From contig JAWMAR010000061.1 in assembly GCA_036785375.1 (NCBI GenBank), positions 3,162,001-3,226,000 on the forward strand: DNA of 64,000 nucleotides, in the 5' to 3' direction. The translations under genes and the position numbers were made by a program. Positions within the stretch are counted from its first letter, which is position 1, and every line of letters starts with the position of its first letter. Source of the stretch: Leucoraja ocellata (taxonomy: Eukaryota). The notes below the pieces were generated by a model that worked only from the letters and a program-made list of their open reading frames with translations, made no database searches and was not told the origin of the DNA. Shown here in pieces: positions 26,520-40,560 of this stretch.

Positions 26520-27211
26520 AGAGAGAGGGAATGCCGGGGCTACCTGAAGTGAGAGAAATCAATATTCATACCGCAGGGCTGTAAGCTGCCCAAGCAAAAT
26601 ATGAGATGCTGTTCCACCAATTTGCGTTTAGCCTCACTCTGACAATGGAGGAGACCGAGGACAGGAAGGTCTGTGTAGGAATAGGAAGGAGAATTAAAGT
26701 GTCCAGCAACTAGATCAGGTAGGTTCAGGCGGGTTGAGCGAAGGTGTTCTGCGAAACGATCACCTAGTCTGCGTTTGGTCTCACCGATGTATAAGAGTCC
26801 ACATCTTGAACAATGGATACAGTAGATGAGGTGCTTGAACCTCTGCCTAATCTGAAAGGACTGTTGAGGTCCCTGGACAGAGTTGAGGGAGGAGGTATAG
26901 CGACAGGTATTGCATCTTCTGCGGGAAGGTATTGCATCTTGTAAGGGAAGGTACCTGCGGATGGGGTGATTTGGGTGGGAAGGGATGAGTTAACCAGGGT
27001 GCTGAAGGAACAGTCTCTGCAGAAGGCGGAAAGGGTTGGAGATGGGAAAATGTGGCTCGTGATTGGATCCCGTTGGATCCCCTGAAGAAGGGTCTCGACC
27101 CGAAACGTCACCCATTCCTGCTCTCCAGAGATGCTGCCTGTCCCGCTGAGTTACTCCAACTTTTTGTGTCTATCTTCGGTTTACAGTAGCACCTGCAGTT
27201 CCTCTTACACA
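26520..27211 (-). mobile_element. PLE fragment (GIY-YIG region, minus strand) joined to an inverted terminal repeat with perfect hammerhead core
   Basis: 26520-27080 is the reverse-complement homologue of the 18.3-kb PLE. CTGAAGA AGGGTCTCGACCC GAAA CGTC at 27082-27109 (+). Confidence 0.9.
27082..27109 (+). ncRNA. Minimal type I hammerhead-ribozyme-like core
   Basis: CUGANGA and GAAA boxes, stem II GGGTC/GACCC, palindromic ACGT minimal stem III, GUC triplet. Stem I is not evident. Confidence 0.6.
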
Positions 27212-28527
27212 CAACTTGGAGAGTTGTTGCTATTGCTTTCAGACATATCCCAGCAACTGGTATAACAGTAATTCCAGACGACTGCAAGCAGCTTGCCCTC
27301 CTGCCCGCTCAATAGGAAATGATCTCTTGAATACGATAACATTACTAAATATTAAACCTGAAGTCAGTTCATGCTTTGAATACAAATCAAAATATGATTC
27401 TTAATTTCCAGTGAACATTTTTCATTATTAAAGGCTGCATGAATGTATGCTCATCGTAATTGTTTCGTTCAGGCGGACCCAATTTCTTTGAAAGATTTAA
27501 AAAAACAGAATTACAACTAGGTTTTTTTAATGAAATTGTGGCACTTTCCTCAAAAGATTGTAGAATCCTTTTCTAGACACAGTTAATTCCCATTATCCAC
27601 TAATGTACTATCTCAGATGGCGAGGTCAGCTCCAACTTGAACAAATATATCTATATACGCATGTGCACATTAGCTAACCATTCATGGTCTAACTGAATAC
27701 ATTTCCAGACTAGAGGAGCATTGTTTGTATACACAATTTCAAAGCCGATTGCTGCTTGCACTTATTCAACATACAATTCATGAATTCACATTCAACAGAA
27801 CTAGAATGTTGGCTGATGCAATTTCATCATAGGCATTCAAAACATTTTATTTATTAATGGATGTTAAAGCTTTAGAACATAACTACCACAGTTCCACATT
27901 TCTGGCCAGTTTCTGGTCATGGTCTCTCCATTGTAGCCATACCTCATCCAAAAAGCTTGAATGATTTCATAATACAATCTCAACATATATGCCATGCTGA
28001 AAATAATTCTAGCCAATCAGTAATTCTAGGGATAGTATTACTGATAAGTATCAGTAGTTGATTATACTCTGTAATTACTGCAGTTGTGTTTAAAAAATGC
28101 ATTATGTATCTCCTCACATTAAATCCTTCAGATGAATGCTGTTGTAGTTATAAATTAAGACAGTAAGATTATAAATATTAACTGGACATGAAGCCTCAAG
28201 AAACAATTGAAAATCCATTCATTATGAAGATCAGCAATTCAAAGATAAGATGCAATTACTTTGCAGAACAAATTAATTACTAGTACAAAACACTTTTTTA
28301 ATATCATTAGAAAATGGTGTATAATTACACATAATCTACATAAAGTTTTCAGCACTGAAAATTAGCACGTTCTCAGCTGCTTAAAGGAACTGGCTCACTG
28401 CTGCTATGTATTCAAATCTTCATATCAGTAACATTCAAAGGTAATTGGTTAACAGACAATATAAATTTGAGTGAAATATCTTTCAGACAGGAATAAAACC
28501 CATATTGCTATGATATTAATATTAGCT

Positions 28528-28936
28528 GCTGGCGGCGCTGAACAACATCGCGGAGCTCAGGGATCCCTTTGACGAGGGCGCCAGTGTGAATCTCTATCCA
28601 GCTCGGCCTGTGGACTTCGGGAGCCGAGGTCTCCAGTAGGAAGTGGCCGATTCAGAACTCCAAACCGCTGAGAGTGTTCTCCGTTCCGACGTTGGAGTTT
28701 CGATCATCCCACCGAGAGGGCCTGAACATCGGGGCGAAAACGGGTGAAAAAGGAGGAAGATGGCTGGACATTATTGCCTTCCCTCACAGTGGGAAACGTT
28801 GATTCTGCTGTGTGGGGATGTGCATGTTAAATTCTATCGTGTGCTGTGTTCCTTTTTTATTCGTATGGCTGTAGGGCAACCCAAATTTCACTGTACCAAT
28901 TGGTGCATGTGACAATAAATGTAAACTTGAACTTGA
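28528..28936 (+). mobile_element. CpG-rich non-LTR element with Rex1/L2-like 3' tail
   Basis: Abrupt GC/CpG-rich block ending gacaataaa...cttgaacttg. Confidence 0.65.
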
Positions 28937-29306
28937 TATTAATGTTTGCATGATTAATTTAAAGTAGCAACAAAGATACATAAATTTGCATTTTTAATTG
29001 ATTGCACAAGCCAACTTTGAAGTTAACAGACGGAATTGCGTAGATTAAATGTGGGACAGTGTACAAGGAAATAATGTAAATTCAACATATGAGGAATTAA
29101 TATAAATTTAACAGGTTAGACATAAACATGTTAACTATGACTGGCATGATTCAAATTCTGTAGATCTTCAGAATAATTATTTCACCCCCTACACTGGACG
29201 GCCAGCAAAGAAAATATTTTATGCAATCATCTTTTCATTTTACTATTGATCAAATAGAATAAATAATACACTTTGTAATCTAAAGTGCTTTTACAATGTC
29301 TTTAGT

Positions 29307-29873
29307 AGTTGTGAAGGTTTTATCATATATAAAAAAGATCGATCAGGATTTCAGTAAAGTGAAATGATGAAAAGAAACATGGTCACAGAACTGTCATCTG
29401 CTCTGAACAGGGGGGGGGGGGGGGGGCGTCTGGAGTAGCAAGGATGCCTAGTCATCGAAACAACCATGATGGAACAACAAAGCTAGAGGCAGGGTTTTGC
29501 AATTGATTTTCTTAACAAGTTTTTAAAATGTATCTGCCATGTGAAGTCCAGAGGCATAACAAACTGAAGAGTCGGCTCACAAATCTGTGTATTATCAATG
29601 GGTTTCAGTGTCTCATATCGCATGATGGACTACCAAGACTTACTCCAACTTCAATGGTCAAAAAACATATTTTGTTTAAAACTGCCAGCAAGACTCTAGG
29701 CTTTACAGGGAATTCAACAATTTCAGATAACAGCCTTTCCAGTTTAGGTACAAGGTTAATATGTGACTCCATACAAGCTGTTGTGTTCGATAAATCACTG
29801 GATTCAGATTTCATTTTACTGAAATCCTAATGGTACCGATTGATCTTTTTATATATGCTAAAACCTTACACTG
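29307..29873. mobile_element. Non-autonomous DNA transposon with ~55-bp TIRs
   Basis: Left aaggttttatcatatataaaaaagatcgatc-aggatttcagtaaagtgaaat; right revcomp aaggttttagcatatataaaaagatcaatc...aggatttcagtaaaatgaaat. Confidence 0.75.
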
Positions 29874-32800
29874 CAGAAGCATAGAAAATAGGTGCAGGAG
29901 TATTCGAGCCAGCTGAGGTCATGGTTGATCATCGCAGGAAAGTAATGTACAGGAGCATTGTATATAAATAGAATATTGTAAACATGAACTCTTTGGGATA
30001 AATTAAAGGAAATGTCATTATCACATTTGTCAATGGCATAGCTTCCTAAAGGAGCAAAGGGCTTAAGAAAAAGAAGATTATTACATTTAAGAAAAGAAAC
30101 TATTAATTTACAGTAAATTACTAATTTTTATTCCATGATTAAATGGTTAAGCTGCACTGAACATAAATTTGGAAACTAGAACAAGGAACAATGATGTCAC
30201 CCAGTTAGGTTATTTCTAATCCAAACTTTTGAAGAGAAATAATCTTGTTCACAATAGACATGAGACATAAATGCTTGGTTGTAAGCTATCATTTAAAATG
30301 CATGCATAAAAAATGTCAGTATCTGAGAGTTTAATGTATGCTGACCAATTTAAGTTGTGTAATACATTATGAATGTTGTCAGAGTACAATGTCGTCTGCA
30401 CCAAACCACCAAAAACTGCTCTCTCCACGATAGAATTAGATGGAAAGTGGAAAACTGACCCAAAAACGTATCCATTGACATACAATCACATCACCCTACA
30501 GTATTCACACTTGTCTGTCTGTCTCTGACACACAGGCTTTATATTTTAGTTTTTGTCTGTGAACACCAGAAATTCTTATAATTATTGCCTCCCTCTTTTT
30601 TGATAATGATATTTATAAACTTCCACAAAACATGACTCAAAAATCTTCTCCTCTTTCAATTAATGTTGCAGTAACTTCATATTCAACTCAACCTGTAAAT
30701 CCTCAATGGGAAACAGTTTATTAAGATTATACATCAAACCTGTATGCATATCTTCATCAATGTATCAGCTGCACTGCCATTTTATTGCAAACATCTATTC
30801 CGCATGTTCAGGAACCTGTGTAATTTAGGATATTAAAAAAATTAGATTATGTGCAGCTAGGGTGATTAATGGTCAGTGCCACATGAGAAAGTAGTCCAGG
30901 GAATATCAGATTTATTGATTTATGATTAGCATTACAACAATAAAATGGGTGAGGTTTTCTGCAACAGATGGGTTGAGGCAGAAGAGTAAGTGAAAGTACA
31001 GTAAAATGCCACTGATGTAGCACCCTCAAAATGTTGGTCATGTTGAGCAAGTATATTTTCCAGACCACCAGATTAGTGTACCTACACAAATTAAATTCAC
31101 TAATATTTTATATTTTACACATAGAAAAATTAATCTTCCAGAGAACCCAACTAGTTTAAACAGAGCTCAGAAGCCAGGGAATGAAAGGGAGCTCAGGAAT
31201 CAGGTACCAGAGAGCCAGATGCTGAACTATCAGGTAACATTATTGGATTTTTACTGGCATGTACTTATTGTACCAGAGGCAGTTGGAACAAAAGATTAAA
31301 ATGTAATGTTGAGATCACATGATTCAACCCGAGACGGATCGAGGGAGAAAATCAATAGCAGTATTAAGCATTAAGCAGAATGGCTTTGCTTTTCCCCAAA
31401 GTGCATTTAGGAAAGCAGAGTAGGTCTTCACAAAGACCAAATAGCTAATCAACATCAAAATGGACCTGCATATTCAAGACGACATGTGTAAACAATACGC
31501 AGAGTGTTCATTGCAGGCAGGAAATTGAACTAGCTGGTTGCACAAATTTATGAAGCCCAAAAACACGGATTTTATAGCAAAAATTGCATAAAATAATTAT
31601 CACCAGGCACTGATGATATCCAGGGTGAACCCAGTGTGCTTATTTTGGGATCAAAACCTGTGCAATATCTTCTCATGGATTTAAGGGGGCCAAATTTAAA
31701 CCCTGCATTACCAAATTCCTGTCACCAGAGGGAACTCGACAATTTCTACATATAGACACAAAAAAAAGCTGGAGTAACCCAGTGGGTCAGATAGCATCTA
31801 AGAATAGAAAAGAAAAAGAATAGGCGATGTTTCGGGTCAAGTCTATTCTGAAGAAGTTTAAACCAGCATTTGCAGTTCCATCCAATAAATTTCTACAGAC
31901 ATGCTGGATTTTACATTGGTCAGTATATGAATCTTTTTAAATGTAATTGTTAATTCCTTTCATTAATATTCAAGACAATGCAGAAATATTGCTGTATATG
32001 TCACATATGGGTATCATTATAAACTAAATTCTGTATTCATGCTTACTGAGTTCATGATCCTATTATTCATTTTATGTTGAAGCACAAAATTATACTGAAA
32101 TATTAAACTTTATTAGGTTTCAGTTGCAGTTCCAGTAGAGACATTAATCTAGTCAGTGATGAATAATCTTAAAAAGGATGCAGCTATTCTTGGTACAAGG
32201 AATAATTAAGCTACTTTGGATCAGGAACCTTCATTAAATTGACCTTATGGGAAAACGAGGCAATTGAGATCACACGAGCCCAAGTATGCCCAAATGATCT
32301 GGATCATCAACAAGGGGCAAAGAGCTCTCCTTTACCATATAGGATAGGTAACGTGTTTTCATTGCAATTACAGTAAGATGTTAAGTCGGCACCGAGAAGA
32401 AATTGCATTCTTTCAGAGTTGGAAATGCATTCTATTTGTTGCTATGAGAACTGCAAAATCCACCCTGCAGCATAAAATGAAAAATTCCACAGCACTATTA
32501 ACTTCACCTTAAATGTACAACAGGGATCAAGATGTGCATATATAAATCGCCCTTTATTACATTGACAATAAGAAAACTATTTTAAATTTCAATTAACGTT
32601 ATTATGGTTCGAGAGTTTCTTTTCCTGTTGCTGCTCTCTCCTGTATTTACAAGTTACCAAAATACCAATTTCAGAAATTAGATAACATGATCCTTTTGAG
32701 AAAGACAATTTCACTGTTTTTAAATGCACATCCTTACCCAAACTGGTTTGCACAATTTGCAAGTTTGCTCCCAGGTCAAATATTTAACATATTTTTGGAG

Positions 32801-34904
32801 ATTCAAAGATAATGAAACATGTGCACACTATGCACTGCCAAGCTAATTAAATGAACATTTCCTGACAATTCTATATATTTTCCTCCACATAACACCTTTT
32901 TAATCCATTTAAATTCTGCTGTGACTTTTAAAATTTGGATTGCAGAATTACATTCAACATTGCCTCTTTGTAGTCGTATCACTTAAATGAGCTCCTTTGC
33001 GCGAACAAGACTGCATGCACAGATGTTTTGAGACTCGTTCTAGAGCCAATTTTCTGACACCAAATTAAAGACAATGAAGTCTGGTGCGTGGTTCCATCCG
33101 TTTAGAAACACCCGAAGCTTCCTTTGCAGAGGCAACTAGATTTTTTTCTAAAGGTGTTTCACGTAATTAAACTCACATCTTTCCACAATGTCTCTTCCAT
33201 CTCCCCTCTACCACTGAACATTACACCCAACATCTGTCCCATTGACCCTATACTCCGTTAACCTCTGGCCACCAAACGTTCCCGACTCACATATTAATGG
33301 ATTATTAATGAATACTATTCCCCTCCGACTCAAATTCGCCACCATCATTCCTCCCCAAACTTTGCAGTTCACTGTCACATCTAACCACGACACATTTCTT
33401 GAATTTGCTCTCATCTCAAATCCTCCTCCTCTTACCCATCTCTCCAGGGACAATTTGAATCTCTCCATTACCTGTCAGAGTTCTTCTAAAATCACTTATA
33501 AAATCCTATCCAATTGTGGTAAAATAATCTTTCCTTCAATCTTCTTTGACAACATCCTTTGCTTCAAGATAAATTGCTGTTCCTTCAGCATCATTATTTC
33601 AAAATCATGTAATTCACCAACAACTGTACTCCATGAAAGAGCTGCAAGGTTTCAACAATGGTACCTCGCCACCATCCTCTCCTGGACAAAAAAAAAGGAG
33701 ATATATGCTGGCCTCACCAACACCACCCACATGCTGCAAATTAATAAAACGAAATGGAACTGCATTTCATGAAAATGACTCTACCAAAGAACCACAGGGA
33801 ATTCATGCAGACAGATTTGACATGGGAAACTTGTTGAGGCTTAGACACAAAATACTGGACTAACTCAGTGGGATAGGCAGCATCTCTGGAGAGAAGGCAT
33901 GGTTGCCGTTTTGAGCCGAGACCCTTCCTCAGACTTGAGGCTTAACTGGTCTATTCTATGATATTAGTGCCGCTTAGGTCTCTTTTTTTTTACACTTTTA
34001 TAGGCATTTGGAGTGCCATTTTTATTCTGATACATTTTCATAATTGTTACTTTGTTATCAGACTTCAACCTGCAAAGGGCAATTAATGTTTGTAAAGATT
34101 ACCGATGCTCCCAATTGTTGCATTTATTTTGTAATGCAAACCAGATGTATCAGAAGTTAAACCCTCAGTATTTCATCCAGGGGTAGCACTATGGAAGGGA
34201 TTTGGTTTCCTTGCATCAGGCATTAATTACTGTACTATGCTTGACTGCAAATGAATGAAAGCTTTTGCAAAGGCATGTATGTACACACTGTGGAAAGTTT
34301 AATTTGGCTAATAAACCACCAAGTCCTGCAACCAGCAACACAATGCTAAATATCAATGCCTGAGAAAAGGAAATGGGGAAGGATAAATTAATTTTGTTAT
34401 TATTTCTAACATTACACCACAAAAAGTTGAATAGCAAAGGTTGATCTAGCAAATACTAGATTTTAGTGTATAAGCTTTTGCCAAAATATAGATCTACCAC
34501 TGTGAATTTAACTTAAATGCATAGAACTATAAACCAAAAAAATAAATAAGGCAATGATTACGTTTTCAGCATACTTTCCAAATGATACAACAAAGAGCAA
34601 GCAGCATATCCAGCCCTTCCCAAAAAAAAGGACATGGTCGTTAGAATGTTAATTCATCAGTTCCGAACTATTATTCTTTAGCAATGCAGGTGTGGAGACC
34701 TATAATGTGTCATATTCCCAAAGCACAGGCAGTCATGGGAAAGAAAGAAAACATGGAAGTGCTGAGTCTCACAAATGAATGCTTGGTGCAGGAAGGGCCT
34801 AGCCAGGAAGAGCAAGAATGTCTGCATTTTCAGCATAAAACAGTAATGAAACAGTTATACTTCCAATAAATTAACAAATAGGTTCATGCTGCTCCGCACA
34901 AAAT

Positions 34905-35110
34905 AGACAATACACAATAGACAATAGGAGCAGGAGCAGGCCATTTGCCCCTTTGAGCCAGCACCACCATTCAATGTGATCATGGCTGATCATCCCCAAT
35001 CTGTACCTCATTCTTGCCTTCTCCCCATATCCCCTGACTCCGCTATTTTTAAGAGCCCTATCTAGCTCTCTCTTGAAAGCATCCAGAGAACCTGCCTCCA
35101 CCGGCCTCTG
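34905..35110 (-). mobile_element. CR1 3' end with (CTATTGT)n tail
   Basis: MEAGSLDAFKRELDRALKNSGVRGYGEKA is the CR1 ORF2 terminus. Confidence 0.88.
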
Positions 35111-37065
35111 ATTTGCTTATTTTGTGTATAAATAGAATTTACTAAATTGTCACCAAAACGATTGAATGGGTTATCTTGTGTAAACAAACTGATGTTATCC
35201 AAATACCTTATTTGGTAAATGCAGCAACGATTGAGCAGAATCTTATCACCAGCTAGAGTAATGCTACATCATACGACTAGAGGTTCTCAGATTCAATTTA
35301 ATCCATGCTCCTGTTTAGCTCCGTTGGGGCATCAAAGTGACTTCAGATATCTGGACGAAGAATAAAGTTGTCACTCAAGTAATAAAGGAAAGTGCATGTA
35401 TTTATTACTTAAAGTGAGAATATAACCAAGATTGTCTGTGATGTTCTCTAACAATGAGCAGCATGCTGATATTTATCTCGACTGGATGTGTGAACATTAG
35501 ACACTCAGGATAGACAATGACAGGCAGATGATTCACATGGACCCTCGGAAGTATTCCAAATAAAATGTCATACTCAAAGTGTGGCCTGGAAAATATTTAG
35601 AGCAGAGAATGATCATTAAGAGACATCTTCAGTGAGAAAATTGGAAAATAACACAAAACATTCATATTCACTCCACCAAAGTAACATGCAGAGAAATGGA
35701 GAATGAAAAATATTAAATGAATCCCTTTTTGCCATATTCTGAAGATGTGGCCTGTGTAGACATCAATCATCTTGACAAACAAGCAGACAGCATCAAAACA
35801 AGCCAAGTTCCCACGCTTCCTTATACTCCAGCAGACAAGAGTCAGAAGGTACTTGCAAGCTGAGGGACTGGGCCACCATCATATTTGTCTCCTTTAACCT
35901 TTCTATGTCCAGTGATCACTTCTAAGCAACGGCCAGAGCAGAAAGAGAATCAGGAGAACGGTTGGGGGCTTGCAAACATAAGTCGTTGAATTTGAAAATC
36001 CCCATGCTGTGGCTCAGCCGATAATGTATTCTATATTTTTAGTGACAAAATCCACCCATTTGAGACCTGAGCAGATAAGTAACAAGCCGTTGTTTCACAT
36101 CAGCTTCCCAATGGACTTCACAGAGCAACCTCTTGATCCAACGGTAAAGAGTCCAAGGCAACTTAAAACCAAGGCTTTATGGTATCCATATTAATGCTTT
36201 CATGTGGTGCATGTGTAGGTGCTGCCCGGCAGAAAACATTGCATATTTATTAATGTTGAGGATGAATTGTGCTCATTTATTTGTGTTATTATTTGACCGT
36301 CACTGGAGATGCAAAGTAATTTCAGTTTGATATCATCTTGGAAGTGAAAACATAACTACAAAAAAAAAGGAAATAGAGAGGGTTCTGAAGTTTCTCTTTC
36401 CAAAAATAATGCCTGACACGATGAGTGTTCAAGCAATTTCTACTTTGAATACTGCGCGTTGATCTGCAGACACAGCAAATTAAAGGAAATATCTGGAGAA
36501 GACTGAAAGAAATAAAAGGATTATATGAATTGAATGTTGAAAATTGAAAAGAAGAATATGGACCAAGTTCATTGGAGATCACAGAGGATTTACAGGAAGG
36601 GAAATTAAATGATTCCGATAAAAACATTAAAGGACAAATAAAGAATTCTAAGGAGAATGCAAAAACAGAATACAGAGAGCAAAGAAGTACTTGCTGACCT
36701 TTTCCTTAGCATGATTCCATTTATATGCTGGAATTTTTTTGTTATCTGAAAATAATGCTAATCAACTCAGATAGGTCAACCCTTCTCCAACCAAATCATG
36801 ACTCGTACACCATTTATCTTCAAACACAAAGACTTTAAAAAAGCTCCTTTACATGCTGAGATGGAAGCTATTTAGTTTACACTCAAGAAACAAACCAACA
36901 TGCATCAGAAATTGTAATTTAATAGTGCAACGAACAGGTAAGTTATCATTGCACTTCAAAATTCAGAGTAAACAGGAAAAACGGAAATAGAAACTGTCAT
37001 TGATCATTCCAGACACTCTAGCCAGGGAGAAACATTCTCCCAGCATCCAGACTGTCATAATTTTA

Positions 37066-37406
37066 TGTGGAAGAAGGAACTGCAGATGCTGGTTTAAACT
37101 GAAGTTAGACACAAAAAACTGGAGTAATTCCGTAGGACAGGCAGCATCTCTGGAGAGAAGGAATGGGCGACGTTTCGGGTCGAGACCCTTCTTCAGACCA
37201 GAGGATTCAACGGGATCCAACCACATTTTTCCATCTTCACCCCTTTCCGCCGAGACCGTTCCTTCCACAACTCCCTGGTTAACTCATCCCTTGCCACTTA
37301 ACATTTTGGGTCGAGACCCTTCTCGACCCAAATTGTCACCCATTCCTTCTTTCCAGAGATGCTGTCTGTCCTGCTGAGTTAATCCAGCTTTTTGTGTCTA
37401 TCTTCA
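37066..37406. mobile_element. Composite PLE insertion: inverted terminal repeat, internal fragment, terminal repeat
   Basis: Perfect hammerhead core on minus strand at 37169-37196. Flanking tcataatt(t/a)tat duplication. Confidence 0.85.
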
Positions 37407-37725
37407 TCATAATTATATATTTCAATTGAATGTCCATTCATTCCTCTAAACTCTCATGATCTGTTGGCTACAATAGTGAGTAATTGTGCCCTTCTGCAGT
37501 CTCACGTCAAACCTTTGAACCGAGTTAAATTAAGCGAGTCTCAGCCATGATGATTAAAAGTGACAAGTCAGAATGAACCATTTTCTGGGGACGAGGAGAG
37601 AGGAACTGTCAGACAGAGTTGTTTTCTAAGGTTACACAAAAAAGCTGGAGAAACTCAGCGGGTGCAGAGTTGTTTTCTATTCCACTATTCTATTTCTGAC
37701 ACTTGCTTTCAGCTCCCTGATTATT

Positions 37726-37986
37726 AGAGTTTAGAGAGACAGCGTAGAAACAGGCCCTTCGGCCCACTGAGTTCACGCCGACTATCGATCACACCCACTA
37801 TGCTATCCACCAGGCGAAATGTACAGAAGCCAATTCACCTACAAACCTACGCATCTTTGGAGTGTGGAAGAAAACTGCAGCCCCGGAGAAAACCCACAGG
37901 GAGAATGTACAAACTACATAAACAGCAACTGTCATCAGGTTGGAACCCAGGTCTCTGAAGCTCTACCGCTGCCCCACCATGCCGCC
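37726..37986 (-). mobile_element. V-SINE (HE1-like)
   Basis: Reverse-complement homologue of 18871-19150. Confidence 0.85.
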
Positions 37987-38564
37987 TGGTTGAGGATACA
38001 ATTTGAGCTTTGTCTCCCATTCCCAGTGTTAGAATTTTGCTCACAACCTCGCACGAAGCGCAATAACCGATTAATCTAATTTTGATGATGTCATAGCAAG
38101 CCTAATAACACCAATACAAATTCAGGTGGGTGCAGATGCAAAATTAAACCTGGAAAACAGATTTTAAAGGAAAGCTAATTAACTAGCAATTCAAATAACA
38201 AGAGCTAAAAGCTTTAAACTGGATAGTTGAAAGGTGGTGGAGAGGAGAGGAAGGATTTAAAGTGTGAAATATAAAGGACAACACAGGGTACAGAAATGGG
38301 TAACATGGGGAAATAGAGCAGTCAGGTCAGAGCATGTAAACTTAAGGCAACCGCTCCTCCCCAGGCTATGACAGGTTTCAGTTCCTGAGAACTGTTCGTA
38401 ATCAGTTCACATGTTGGACGTGCGGCCTCCCGGCAATGTATTTAAATAAGAACATAAGCCAACCTAGAGCACTGGTAATTAAACCAGGACATTTAACTCG
38501 ACCACATATGACCACAAACCAAGTTCCCACATTGCAAAAGATGCCTGCAGTCCCGTAGCAGCTA

Positions 38565-39155
38565 GCAAATTGTTGGAGGAGCTCAGCAGGTCAAGGCAGC
38601 ATCTCTGGAAGACATGACTAGGTGACGTTTATGTCATGGCCCCGACCTGAAACGTCTCCTATCCATATCTTCCAGAGTTGCTGCTCAAGCCGCTGAGGTC
38701 CTACAGCATTTTGTGCTTGCTTCATCATACAGGCTGTACACAAGATGGGCATCAGGAACTTGGGCAGCTTACAGCCCAACGGTATTGAACTTCTCTAACT
38801 TCAAATAACCCTTGCTCTTTCTCTCTCCATCCCTCCCCCTTCCCAGTTTTCCAACTACTTACTGTCTCTCACTACATTTTATCTCGATCTGCTTTGTTGT
38901 TACCTTCTCCCAGCTAATAATGATCTATTCTAGATTTTCCTTGAACTCCATTCACTTTGCCGTTTTCACACCTTCACACTTCCTTATCTATGTATCTCTC
39001 TTCCCCCTCCCCCCCCCCCCCCCTCCCCCCGACATCAGTCTGAAGAAGTGTATCGACCCAAACCGTCACCCATTCCTTCCCTCCGTGGATGCTGCCTGTC
39101 CAGCAGTTTGTGTCTATCTTCGGATTAAACCAGCATCTGCAGTTCCTTCATACAC
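38565..39155 (+). mobile_element. Older palindromic PLE repeat plus PLE 3' end
   Basis: ttgggcagcttacagcccaacggt (LGSLQPNG) GIY-YIG end, then pyrimidine-rich UTR and terminal repeat. Confidence 0.75.
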
Positions 39156-39689
39156 AGTAACCTGGGGAGGATCTATATCCCACTGATTACAATCAGTAAT
39201 CCGTGGTTTTACTACCTCAAAAGGCACTGGATAATTTCAGGCTGGTGTAGTGCTGAGATGTACACAGGAAGGTTCCCAGGATTAGCATCCCCTGCGTTGG
39301 GCCAACAGGATCCAACTTTCAGTTTGACCTCTGATCAAGACTGAAGATATCTGTTCTAATTTCTCCTGATAAGCACAGGGTTAGTATTTTAAGAGATATT
39401 ATTCATTGGGGTGGCTATATCAAACATTCAAAATAAATCAAAATTGTTCTCAAAGGCTATGATCCATTATCTAATGAATCGTGTTCCCATTCACCCCTTC
39501 CCGCACCCAGCATCCCGCACCACATATGGACTCGATTCCGTAAGAGTCAGTGAGGTGAGCTATGACAAAGCAATTGACTCAACTATCTTTATTGACAAAA
39601 TATAGAAGAAGAACTTGAATCTGATCATTAACTATATTAACTAACGATCACTAGAAAATGCAAGTCTGTGGATTTAAGATATTTATTAA

Positions 39690-40560
39690 CAAACTGCCTG
39701 GATAAAGATGCATCACTGGATTTTGTAGCTGTGTAAGGGGGAATGTAGAGGTATTGAATATAATCTTACATGTCCTTTTGACAAGTGAGTGGTGGCAGTG
39801 GAGAGAAGATTAACAATGTTACTCCTGTTCAATAAAAAAGGAGAAAGGAAAAACCAAGCAACCACAAGCCAGTTCATCCTTGGTGGAACAGCTTTTATAA
39901 CATTTTATAAACATTAAAAAGGATCAAGAGTAGTCACCTGGAGGAAAATGAATTAATGAAAGCAAGCCAGCAAGGATATATCTAGGGCAGTTGTGCTTAT
40001 TGTGTAACTAATCTAGGGCAGTTGTGCTTGTTCTGATTTTTGATGAGGTAACAGACAAAAAAAAAAAATGAAAATGCAGTTGATTGAGTGTAGGTGAACT
40101 TCCAATAGGCTCTTGATAAATTTGTCACATAACACGTCTATCAGCAAAGCTAAAGGACATGGGAAAAACGGAACAGCGATAGCATAGATACTAAATTGGT
40201 TCAATACAGACAATTGAGATGAATTCCCCCCCCCCCTCCCCAACTAAAGGAAGGTGAGCAGTGCCATTGGGGATTTGTATCAGGCCCCCTGCTTTTTTTT
40301 TACCCAATTACCTCGACGGGGACACAAGCCACAGTTACTATGTTTGTAGATGACACAAATCCAGGTAGTATGTAACCTGCAAAGAGCCTAATAAATGCAG
40401 CAAGATACAAACACGTTAATAAAATAAATGATGTGGAAATGTGCATTTTAGGAGAAACTCTGGATAATCCAAACAGATAAAAAGGACAGTTCCAAGAGTT
40501 GCAGGAGCAGCGGTAAATATGCACAAATCATTAACTTAATTTAGCGTTTATGAATAGAGT
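39690..40560 (+). mobile_element. Degenerate CR1 RT fragment
   Basis: aatgttactcctgttcaataaaaaaggagaaagg...aaccacaagccagtt (NVTPxxKKG..NHKPV); atgtttgtagatgacaca (FVDDT). Confidence 0.7.

Noticed and set aside
31142-31233. Plus-strand candidate exon with an open frame
   Set aside because: Moderate splice sites, no protein similarity, antisense to the inferred host gene.
32206-32375. Frame containing IKLTLWEN, reminiscent of an OB-fold strand
   Set aside because: Bounded by nearby stops, with no splice support or additional motif.
39981-40030. 18-bp direct repeat tctagggcagttgtgctt
   Set aside because: Small local duplication within a dead CR1 fragment.
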